A stretch of 64,000 nt of DNA. Origin: Chiloscyllium plagiosum (taxonomy: Eukaryota). Below the pieces are notes generated by a model. That model made no database searches. It was not told the DNA's origin and worked only from the letters and a program-made list of their open reading frames with translations. Both the position numbers and the translations under genes were made by a program. The stretch spans positions 6,088,044 through 6,152,043 of the forward strand of contig NC_057752.1 of assembly GCF_004010195.1 (NCBI RefSeq). Direction: 5' to 3'. Shown here in pieces: positions 36,401 through 48,400 of the stretch; the first letter of the stretch is position 1, and each line of letters opens with the position of its first letter.

Positions 36401-39400
36401 ATATTCTGTTTATTGCCAAGGATGAGGAATTTGTGCAAGGGGATTTACAATTATACTGCTAAAATTTGTGCTTTGCTCAAATTCAAGGTGGTGCCCTCAG
36501 GTGGTCCTGGAATAGTGCCCAGTAACAGTCAGTGTCTCCAGGATGGAAGAAAAGTTGGAAGAAACCCAAACTAAAAACCATGGCAAGTGCTGTCCAGCAG
36601 AGGGAATAAGTGCACCATGAATCAATATTGCAAACTCCATACCTATTCCAACAGTGGACAAATCCCCAGAATTTAAGAGTAAACATACAAAACATTTATA
36701 CAGTAAATGTTTTAAGGAATAATTGATCACAGATTATTTATAATTTGGTTCTGATGGTAAGAGTTTGTATCACAATCACTTCATTAAAAATAAAAAGCAT
36801 TAGAGAAGTTCACAGACCAAGGTCAGATAAACATTTTAGAAAGCAAACCACAATCCTAACCACAAGCATTATATATTCCAATATACCATTCCCAGCCAAT
36901 CATTCCATTGGAAAAGGGACCGAATTCTGACAAAACTGTGAGATGGAAAACCCATCTCGAATTTCCTTTGCTTCATGCTCGTCCAGGCCAACAAAGCTCA
37001 GAGTGCTAATAGGAAATAAACGGAGTTGGCCATTCAGCCGTTCCAGTCTGCTAAACTATTCAATAAGATTACAGTAGATCCTTGCTCTCGAATCTACTTT
37101 CCTATCTGTCACCACCAACCTCAGCATCACCCAAACCAATACCTTGGTTCCCTCAGTGTCCAAATGGCTGTTGATTCCATGCTTGAATATTGCTCTTCCA
37201 GCGCCACTAATTCAAAATCTGGTTTCCAGCATCTGCAGTCATTGTTTTTACCTACCCTGATTATCAATTGGGTCTGTTTCTGAGCTAGATGACTCTCTGA
37301 CTCAGTAACTGAGCTTCCATGGCCCTCTGGGATAGCAAAAGTTCAAAGATTCATGACCCTAGGGGTGCAAGTACATAGTTCCTCGAAATTGGTGTCGTGG
37401 GTACACAGGATGGTGAAGGAAGCATTTGGTATGCTTGCTTTTATTGGTCAGTGTATGGAGTCTAAGAGTTGGAATGTCAGGTTGTGGCTGTACAGGATAT
37501 TGGTGAGACCACTTTTAGAATACTGCATACAATTCTGGTCTTCCTGCTATAGGAAAGATATTGTTAAATGTGAAAGGGTACTGAAAAGATTTACATGAAT
37601 CTTGTTGGGGTTGGAGGTTTTGAGTTATAGGGAGAGGCTGAACAGTCTGGAGCTTTCTTTCCCTGGAGCATCGTAGGCTAAGGGGTGACTTTTAAGGTGA
37701 GGGGGAAAGACTTAAAAGGGATCTGACAGGCAACTTTTTCATGCAGAGGGTAGTGCATGTATGGAATGAGCTGCCAGAGGAAGTGGTGGAGGCTAGTACA
37801 ATTACAACATTTAAAAGGCATCTGGATGTACTGGTGTATTAATAGGAAGGGTTTAGAGGTATATGGGCCAAGTGCTGGCAAATGGGACTAGATTTATTGA
37901 GGATATCTGGTCAGCATGGATGAGTTGGACCGAAATGTCTGTTTCTGTGCTTTATAACTCTATGACTGATTAAGAAATTTCTCCCATTTGAATCCAAAAT
38001 GGCTGAGCCGTTACCCTACTATGAAATTACCTCTCATTTTTCTAAATCTCCAAAGGATACTGGTCCATTCATTCCTCGTTGGGCAATTCTGTCCCACCCC
38101 AAGAAAGCAATTCTTCACATTTCAAGCATTCTGAGGCTTTACAAGACATTGTGGATTCATTTGGAAAACTTCCCTTGTTCAATGAAGGCACAGCTTCATC
38201 CCTCCCTCAACAGGTGACAGTGATACGTGTGATCTTTAACCTGTGTCTTGAAAGCACTCAAGGTTGATTCTCCCCAAATATTCTGTAAGTATTTAGGTTT
38301 ATCTCGCCCTGACCCCCATCTCTTCCCATTCCCAATACTTTACAAGAAGACTGCTATCTTTTAGGTTCAGAGGGTGTGTTACCTTTGTCTGGAATCTTTA
38401 GCTTGTAGGGCAGGGAGATGGGTGTGATGGAGTGCTGATAAACCAGGGCTGATAGACTACCTGCATCAAACACAAAAGCCGGTTAGTTTTCAATCCCAAG
38501 GAATCACTTTGCAAAAGTATCTGAAGGGTCACTTTCTAAAGAAAACTCTTGCATTTATATAGTAGCTTAATACACAGTAAAACATTCCAAAGAACAGCAC
38601 TAGAAGTTGTAAATACCAGAAAGTCACAGATCACTCCAACAGAAAATTCAGGAGCAACATCTTTACCCATAGAGTGTGAGCATGTCGACGTTGCGACCAC
38701 AGGAAGTGGTTGAGACATATAATATAGATGCATTTAAGGAAGAAAGGTGATGAAACACCAGGGAGGCAGGGTTAGAAGGATAGAGCTAGATGAAGAGAAA
38801 TGGAAGGGAATTTGTGTGGAACAGAAATACCAGCACAAAACTGATGGGCTGAATGGTCTTGTTCTCTGCTTTTCTGTGTAATTCAATACCGTTTGATCTG
38901 TGATAAGTCATTTGGTCATGTCAGTAACTGAAGGTATGACCAATGGTGCAGTGACTAAAGTCGGCAATGCTCAAGAGGTTGGAAGTGAAGGAGCACATCA
39001 ATCTGTGGCTGCTGAAATGGGAGATTTTTCTGAGCGGTCTGACTTTGTTTTATCATGTGGTGTTTTAGTGACTGAGTGGTTTGTTTAAAAAAAAAGAGTT
39101 CTTTGCTTGACTTGGGGTGGCTCCTATTCGTTGCTCCTAGTTATTGAAGCTGTGGACAATGAATCAATCCAGCACATTGAGACTCTCGAAGATGCTCTCT
39201 CCAGCAGCATCCAGCATCTTACCAAAGTGAGGCTCATTCTGGCAACCCTTGATCTTCACCCCTTTTGGGCCTGTCTCGATGAGGAAATGCCTGACCAGCA
39301 GCTCATTGGGATCACCTGCAGGGACAATTTGCAGAAATTAGGACAGCACTGTGCCAAAAAAAAACGATGCGTGCGATACCCAGCTCAGTCCATCCAAGCC

Positions 39401-42400
39401 TAGCCTTCTCCGGATCCCTTTGCTCCCCAGCTCGCGAGGCCCTCACCACCGTAAATGAGCTGCCTTGTATATTCCAGTTACTAACAGTGGAAAACCCAGA
39501 GTGGGTAGTGGGTCAGAGCAAGACTGGCCAGGACAACAATCCCTTGAATTAAAGTAAAATCCTGCAGATGCCAGAAGTCTGAAATAAACACAGAGAACGC
39601 TGGAGAGACTCGGCATGCCTGGTAGCTTCTGCGAAGAGAGAAACAGAGTGAATGTTTTGAGTCCAGTATGACTCTTCAGAATCTCTCCAGTCTTGCCCAG
39701 TGACAAGACTCCGATGATGTGGAGGTGCCGGTGCTGACTGCAAGTGAACAGGCCCAGGCGAGCAAAGTGACTCCTCTTCCTTAGACTGCTCTGTGACCAA
39801 GGAGTCAGATCGAGTCTTCCCCATTTGCCTGTTTGGCCCTGATAAGTGAAATCCCATCTCATCCCCTGAAGCCCCCTCAATTCTATCGGTCTCACTTGCA
39901 GGTTGATGGGTGGTGCTTGCAGTTACAGTAAGAGTGGAAAGACCGCACAGGGAAGGTCCTTCAGCCCAGCGACCCCCCCATTCTGCATCCTGCAAACCCG
40001 TTTGTCCCACTCTCCCGCTCTACCCCTGTGAGTTTATTTTTCTCAATTGCCCATCCAACGCTTTTCAAAATCATTTATTGTCTCCATTTCCATCACCCTG
40101 TACGTTCTGATGCTAATTAAAAGTGGGCCAGCCTGTCAAGCAGCAGTTGCTGGCACATTCTTCATTTAAACAATGGAGCAGGGAATAGATTTTGCAGAAT
40201 TGTCCACAACCTTGTTCAGGAAGTGATGGGGGAGAGAGAGGAAGGGCTTGAGGGGGTAAAAATCGATTTGGAGCCACACACTGGGATCAATTCTGCAACT
40301 ACCCGCTGCAAGCTGGGATAGAACTGCAGTCAAAGTTCCCCTGAAACGTTCACAGTCAAACACAGGGCTGGATATCTGAAACATACCTTTCGTGCTGTGT
40401 GAGCTGAGGTTAGCTGGAGGTGTCACCACTTTGAGGGCAAGGCCATAAGCTCCCTGGAATGAATTGCTGTCTCGAATGAGAAAGGAGCCTGGCTCGCGAT
40501 CTTTCAAGAGGGCGATAGCTGCGAATGTGAGATATTGGATAACAGGATTTTACAATTCTGAATTACTGCTGCGAATGGCCTGCATGAGTGATTTGCTCAG
40601 ATCAGAAAAATGAGCAGTCACAAAGCTTCCTCCCATTAAACTCCAATCCACTATTTCAAGAATATCCGGAACAAAGGAACAGGAGGAGCCCTCTCCAGCC
40701 TGCTTTGCCATTCAGTAAGATCTGGGGCCTAATTCCATATCCTCACCTTTTGCTCATAACCTTTTTTTTAACCTTTGTCTAACAAAATTTACTAATTTTA
40801 GATATAACATTTACCACTTATTGAGCATCAATTGTCATTTGTGAAAGTAAGTTTCACATTTTTATCACCCTCTGTGCACAGACATGTTTCCTAATTTCAT
40901 TCGTGAAAGATCTGGCTCCAATGTGTGAAAATATGGTCCTTTACTTGAGCGTACGCCCATAAGATACAGGATCAGAATTAGGCCGTTCATCCCATCAAAT
41001 CTGCTCCACCATTCAATCATGGCTGATATGTTTCTCCAGCCCGTTCTCTTGCCTTCTCCTGTAACCCTTGATCCCCTTACTAATCAAGAACCTATCTCTC
41101 TCTGTCTTAAATACACTCAATGACATGACAGCAATGAATTCCACAGCCCTTCATCCCCAGGATCATTCTTGTAAACCTGCTCTGGACCCCCCTCCAACAC
41201 CACCAAATGCTTCCCTAGATACGCAGCTTTTTTGTAATGCCTACAATATTCCAATGCAGTCTGACTACAGGCTTATACAGCTTCAGCAGTACATCTCTGC
41301 TCTTGTATTCCAGCCTCTTGAAATGAATGCTAACTTTGCATTGGCCTTCCTAACTGCCAAATGAACCTACAAATTAATTTTAAGAGAATCCTGAACCAGG
41401 ACTCCTAAGTCCCTTTGTCCTTCAGGTTTCCGAAGCCTTTCCCCATTTAGAAAATAGTTAACAGTTATTTTAAATCACGTAATAGCGTCATAAAATCGCA
41501 CACATAGGAATGTTAAATTAACGGGCTAAGAATGTTTACCAGCATCACCAAATGTTATTTATAATCTGAAGATACTTAATGGCTTACTCATTAAAAAAAT
41601 ATGTTCCATGCCCCGTGCAAGTATCAAAATCCATATGTAAAGAATGTTGTAATTATTGTAAATAGACAGCACTGCACAAGATCTCTACATTTTCAATGAG
41701 AACAAAATACTGTGGATGCTAGATATCTGAAGCAAACACAGAATGTGAAGGTGCCGGTGTTGGACTGGGATGGACAAAGTCAGATGTCACATGACACCAG
41801 GTTACAGTTCAACAGGTTTATTTGAAATCGCAAGCTTTATGAGTGTTGCTGCTTCATCAAGTGGAGTCAGACTGGGTTTGATTCCAGCCTTGGGCAACTA
41901 TTTGTGTGGAGTTCTCCCTGTGTCTGCACGTGTTTCCTCTGGGTGTTTCTGTTTCCTCTCCCAGTCCAAAGATGTGCAGGTTAGGTGGATTGGTCATGTT
42001 AAGATGCCCATAGTGTCCAGGGATGTGCAAGCTAGGTGAATTAGGAAAATGCAGAGTTACAGGGGATGGGTCTCGATTGGGTGCTCTTCATAGGGTTGGT
42101 GTGGACTTGATGGGCTGAATGGTATACTTCTATGCGCTAGGGATTCTATAATGCTGGAGAAACTCAGCAGGTCTGCAACATCTGTGAAGAAACAGTGAAT
42201 GTTTCAAGTCTGGTATGACTTCTTCAATGCCCATGGTTTGAAACACAGACAAATAAACCTATAAGATAGAAGTTACTTTAAAAGGTACACTCTGAACAAT
42301 TTGTAGCTGCAATTTATTTCAATGGAGCTTCAGCATTTCTCATGGAATCTTACACACAAAATCCACTTTGTACCTTTGATAATGTGAATATCGATTTGTC

Positions 42401-45400
42401 AAATTCTTTTGTTGCACATATAATACAAAATCTTACTTATGAAAAAAGGATGACGGAAGCTTTTTCTCTGAACAGCCTGTTCCCCTTAGCGTCTTGAATA
42501 CTTGGATCAAATTAGCTCCAAACCTTCCAATTTCCAGAGAATTCACTCTAAACTGTGTAATCTCTCCTCATAGTTAACCCATGAGCCCTGGTATCACTGT
42601 TGAAGACAGTTTGAAACACCTATGCGACCAAAGAAAAATGATTTCTAAGGAACCCTAACTATTTATATAAATGCAACGAGTAAACAGAGAGAGGTAAGGA
42701 AGGCCATGGTACAGTTTAGAGGCAAATTAACAATTGGGGAGCTTTCTGCAGATCACTGCCCCGCCCCTGGCAACCACCCTATTTCCGATCTGGTTAATGA
42801 GTTAAGGAATAACATGATTTAATTGTGTTGTTGTCTATGGCACTGTGTCCAGAATGTCTTGTTGCCTTCTCATGCAGGGGGACACATTAAATGGTCTGTT
42901 CCCACAAGGCTATTTTTGAAAAAGGACCGTGGTGTCACGACAACAGGAAGTTATGGCTGAAGTATGTTTAGAGCTGCCTGATGATCCAACAAGCTATCTG
43001 GAGCTGCTGCGTTGGCTAAGCAGCTGCTTGCGAGCACAGATAAACAAAAACCTCAAAATGCTGCCCATGAAGGGGCCTGAATCAAGAGATCTGGGATTAA
43101 CCTTCATTAATATTATTTGGTCTTTTTTTGTAATATCAGCAACCCTCCCCAGCTTAAGGGGAATGTTTGGCTGCTTGCCTTACCAGATGTGGTCCTGAGA
43201 TAAGCAAGGAGGAGGGGACGATGTGAAAGAGACTGACAAGAACCCCAGAAGTAAGAACTCCAGCTTTGTGGCTAAACGGTTTTGGATAATTTTTCTTTAT
43301 AAACAACATTTTGCTATTTGGTGCCTCACTACTAATTTATGGGGCTTAACACCTGTTTCAATCTATCGCCAGGGGCATCTGAAAAGTGGGTCTATCCAAT
43401 AGAGGTTTTGATATCTTTCAGGCACCTTTTGGGGGCACTGAAATGGGCCCTTACTGTGTCTGCTTTATGCCCCTAGAATGCACACAAGCCCACTTTTTAC
43501 TGCAGCTGCACGATCGCTTCAGAACAGGAGACAGGATGAACAAAAAGCTTCCAGCCTAATCCTCAATGCCATTATGTGAGTAATTATGAGTAAATAACAA
43601 TAAGGGAAATTTGGCATATTGGTAATTTTAAAGTGCTTGGGGAAATACGGGTCAAGGTGGAATGTGGAGGGGAAGGGTCCTTGGATGAGTCTCCTTGTCA
43701 CTGTCAACTTTAAACCACAAACAACACCTTTCATCCAGACATGACAGTTCACCTTGGTCTCTGGAGATGTTCGGTTTATACCAAAACTTTGAGGTATCCT
43801 GGACAAACTTGGCACTGATCTGGTTTTCCTGATGTCCATCTGCAGAGAATAAGGACGGCAAATGATTAAATAAAGTTTACTGGTATTAGATTTTGCTTGT
43901 GCTTAGAAGGACTGTCTTCAGGCCATCAGGAAGGAGGGAAGGTGACATCATCAAGCGATATGCAGGGTCAAGAGTTGGGGGTTTCCTATAATTTGCAGGT
44001 TTTGGTGAGCTGGGTCTTCTCTGGTTTGACAAATTAGCAGCAAATGTCCAACAGGAAGATTCCAAGGCCTAGAAGGAAGGGATAATTCCTTGCCCTGAGG
44101 AAAAAGCGTTTCAACATTCCCATATTGAAGGAGCCATGTTAGAAACATTTACAAATGTCTGCCCGTCATTGAGGTAGGGGTGGGGAGAGTGTCTGGCCTA
44201 GGACCCTTATTAGACCTTGCAACTGCCAGTTCGTTGCTCAGTGGATTTGGGGATCAATCTTTGGGTTCACCACTTCGACAATGACTGGCACAAAAGATTG
44301 CTTGCTCATGATAAAGCTGAACAGGCCAGAAAGTTTGTAAACAGGGATTTTACAGTCCAGAATTTCCAGATAGTTCATCTTTTTCTGGGTTAAAGGGCGG
44401 TGTGTGGTAAATCGGGGGGGAGGGATCAGCAAGTTTAGGTGGTTAACACACTCCATTATTGCAATTCCAGTCCCAATCAGCTGATGCCCAATTGCCTTCA
44501 AGGTTCATGGCCCTTGGCATTTTGGTGCTCCCAACCAATGAGAACATTATTTGGGTAATCTCTTTGAGGGAACCAATGGGATACCAGAGTGCCAATGCTG
44601 CTGCCACACAATATGATAGCTTACCTGTCAATGATGACATTGAGAAGTCCAAAGTGGTGGGCGAGAAGGTCACATGGTGTGAGGCATTTTCAGCGGGAGT
44701 ATGATGAAGACTTCTTAGCGTTGGAGAGAACGACCTTCCGTTGCTCAATCCTTGGCTGGAGGATTGGCGTTGTTTCTCTGGCAATGGTGGCTGCTGGAGG
44801 CCTCCTGGGCTTCCCGATTGGTAGGTGAACACTTCGGCAGGCGACAAGGGAGTATAGTAGGGTGTGGAAATTGGGAAGGCAGGAGTCGGAGGGGCTTGTG
44901 AATCCGGGCTCCCTTGACAGGACTGAGGAGCAACCATATCTGGGAGCAACAACGGATGCTGCACTGAGGGGTTCATAAAACATGGGACACTTAGGGCACT
45001 GTTCACTGGATGTCTGACAAAGGGTGAACTCCCAGGCGTGTTGGCGACATAATGATCGGAGAAGCTCTCGACTGGATGACCCTTGAACACTAGGCTGCAG
45101 GTTGAGGAAAGTCCATTGGGGCTGTCTAGCCTTTTACTTTGGTTTACATTTAACTGAGTATCGACAGTGCCTGCCTGGTGCAAGTTCCCAGGGCTAACTG
45201 GAGCTGCACTGGTCTCCGTGCCAGTCGCTTGCTGGCTGCTCGACGGATGGTCTCTTGGACTTCTAGGGCTTTCGTTTCTATGACAACCGACAGACAAGCC
45301 ACTTTTCCCCAACCCAGAAGAGACAGGGGGTTGAAGGTTTGCTTCTGTCCCAGGTGGAGTTGTACATTGTGGGTCAGGAACCATCGATGGTTGGACTGGT

Positions 45401-48400
45401 GTTGCATGTCCACCCTCCACTGTCCCAATGCTGTTGATGATTTCAGATATATAACAAACATGAAAAAATACTGTTAAAAAATACTCCGTTTTTATTCATT
45501 TCTGGGATATGGGCATCGCTAGCATTTATTGCCCTTGAGAAAGCAAAGTGAGCCACCTTCTTGAATAAAGGGCGAAAGTGAGGACTGCAGATGTTGGAGA
45601 TTAGAGTCGAGAGTGTGGTGCTGGAAGAGCACAGAAGATCAAACAGCATCTGAGGAGCAAGAGAATCGACATTTTGGGCAAAAGCCTTTCATCAGGAATG
45701 AGGCTGTGAGCCGAGGGGGTGGTGAGATAAATGGGAGGGGGTGGGGCTGGGGGAAGGGAGCTGAGAGTGCAGTAGGTAGATGGAGGTAGGGGTGATGGTG
45801 GTAGGTCAAAGGGGAAGGTGAAGCGAATAGGTGGGAAGGAAGATGGACAGGTGGGACAGGTCATGAGGATGGTGCCGAACTGGAAGGTTGGAACTGGGAT
45901 AAGGTGGGGGGAGGGGAACTAAGGAAACTGGTGAAGTTCACTTTGATGCAATGGGGTTGAAGGGTTCTGAGGCAAAAGATGAAGCGTTCTTCCTCCAGGC
46001 GTCGGGTGGTTAGGGAGTGGTGAAGGAGGAGGCCCAGGACCTGCATGTCGTTGGCGGAGTGAGAAGGGAGTTGAAGTATTCAGCCAATGAAAGGTGGGGT
46101 TGGCTTCTGCAGGTGTCCCAGAGATTTTTCTGAAGCGCTCTGAGAGTAGGCATCCTGTCTGCACAATGTAGAGGAGACCGCATCGGGAGCAACGGATACA
46201 GTAAATGACGTGTGGAAGTGCAGGTGAAACTTTGATGGATGTGGAAAGGTCCTTTGGGGCCTTGGATGGAGGTAAGGGGAGAGGTGTGGGCACAGGGAAG
46301 GTGCCAGGAGGGGAGGGTTTGTTGTTGGGGCGAGGGGCCCTGACAAGGGAGTCGTGGAGGGAATGGTCTTTACGAAAAGCGAATGGGGTGGGGAGGGAAA
46401 TATATCTCTGGTGGTGGTGTCCATTTGTAGGTGACGGCAATGATGGAGGATGATGCGATGCGGTGGAAGGGGGGTTCTGTCCTTGTTGCGGTTGGAGGGG
46501 TGGGGTTCGAGGGTGGAGGTGTGGGAAGTGGATGAGATGCACTGGAGGGCGTCATCAACCATGTGGATGGGGAAACTGCAGTCTTTAAAGAACGAAGTCA
46601 TCTGGTGTGTTCTGTGGTGGAACTGGTCCTCCTGCGTTCACAGATGGAGGCACACCAGATGGCCTCCTTTATTAAAGACCACAATTTCCCCTCCCACATT
46701 GTTGATGATGCCCTCCAGCGCATCTCATCCACTTCCCGCACCTCTGCCCTCAAATCCCACCCCTCCAACTGCAAAAAGGATAGAACCCCCTGGTCCTCAC
46801 CTTCCACCCCACCAACCTCCGTATACATCGCACCATCCTCCGCCATTTCCACCATCTACAAATGGACCCCACCATCAGAGATATATTTCCCTCCCCACCC
46901 CATCTGCATTCCGGAAAGACCATTCCCTCAGCGACTCCCATGTCAGATCCATGTCTTTAAAAGAGGAGAAAGAGAGTCTGAGTGTGAGTGCATATGTGTC
47001 AGCCAGTGTGACAGCACATTGATGTGTGTTTGTGAATGTTTATGTGTGTGTATATGTGATATGTGAGAGAGTACAGATATTTCACATCACAGAATCATAG
47101 AGATATACAGCACAGAAATGGACCCTTCAGTCCAAATTGTCTATGTCGACCAGATATCCTAAATTACTTCAGTCCCATTTTCCAGCATTTGGCTGATGTC
47201 CCTCTAAACCCTTCCTATTCATGTATCCATCCAGATTAGTTTTAAATGCAGTAATTGTACCAGCATCTTATATCATTCTGATTAACATTATTTCATTTTA
47301 ACGTTGTTTACTATTTGTGACCTGTTCCTTTGAAATATATCTTCGTTGCCAGTGTAATGACATTTTTTGCATTATCAGGTCACACGTAATCACATCAGGA
47401 CCTAATCAGAAGACATAGGGGCAGACAGGCAAAGTGGAAAAGGCAGAGGGAGAGAGAAACATGCGCGTGTGCACACACACACACGATGGGGTGCCACATG
47501 GAGATGGGTCAGGATCCAATTGCAGGATGATTTGGTTTTGTGAAATAAGTTACAGTTAATGGTGGGAGTTTGAGCAAGTTGTCATGAACTGCTTAATTCC
47601 TGCAGTCTGCAGCAGCCGTTCCAGTTTCTGAGAACCACTGTGGTGCAAATGAAATGCAGATGCAGTGAGACGAGGAAGCAGTTGAACATAACAACTTTCA
47701 ATCTATTCTTGATGAGGAGCTGTCAGATTGAGCTTGCAAGGTTCAGCTGTGTGTTATCTTAACTGACAGAATGTGACAACTCAGAAGCTCTGGATACATT
47801 ATTTCATTCCAATAAACTCCTGAAGCAGCCTTAATTTACAAAAAAAAATTCTGCTTTTGATTTAGTTTTATTTCTTCAATGTGCTGCTATAAATCCTGTT
47901 GCAATTGTGTGCTGTGTTTCGAATTGTCAGTCAGCTTGATGTGTACACACTGACTAAATGCTCAGGTTTCAACCAGATGAAACACTCTCACTAAACCTGC
48001 TTACAACTGGATTTAAAATGAAAGGTTTTCCAGCCATCCAGAGGCATTAGCGAGTTTTGAGAAGATTTGTAGCTCAGGTTGAGGTTCTGGATGTAGGTTT
48101 GCTCGCTGAGCTGGAAGGTTCGGTCTCAGAAGTTTCGTCACCATACTAGGTAACATCATCAGTGAGCCTCCGGATGAAGCACTGGTGACATGGCCCACTT
48201 TCTATTTGTGTATTTAGGTTTCCTTGGGTTGGTGATGTCATTTCCTGTGGTGATGTCATTTCCATGGATGTCATTGCTTGTTCTTTTTCTCAGGGGGTGG
48301 TAAATGGGATCCAAGTCAATGTGTTTGTTGATAGAATTCCGGTTGGAATGCCATGCTTCTAGGAGTTCTCGTGCATGTCTCTGTTTGGCTTGTCCTAGGA

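Noticed and set aside
39443..40110. 150-aa ORFs in the TNS2 SH2 intron
   Set aside because: They run through PLE-terminus and CR1-tail fragments. The flanking TNS2 exons already splice in frame without them.
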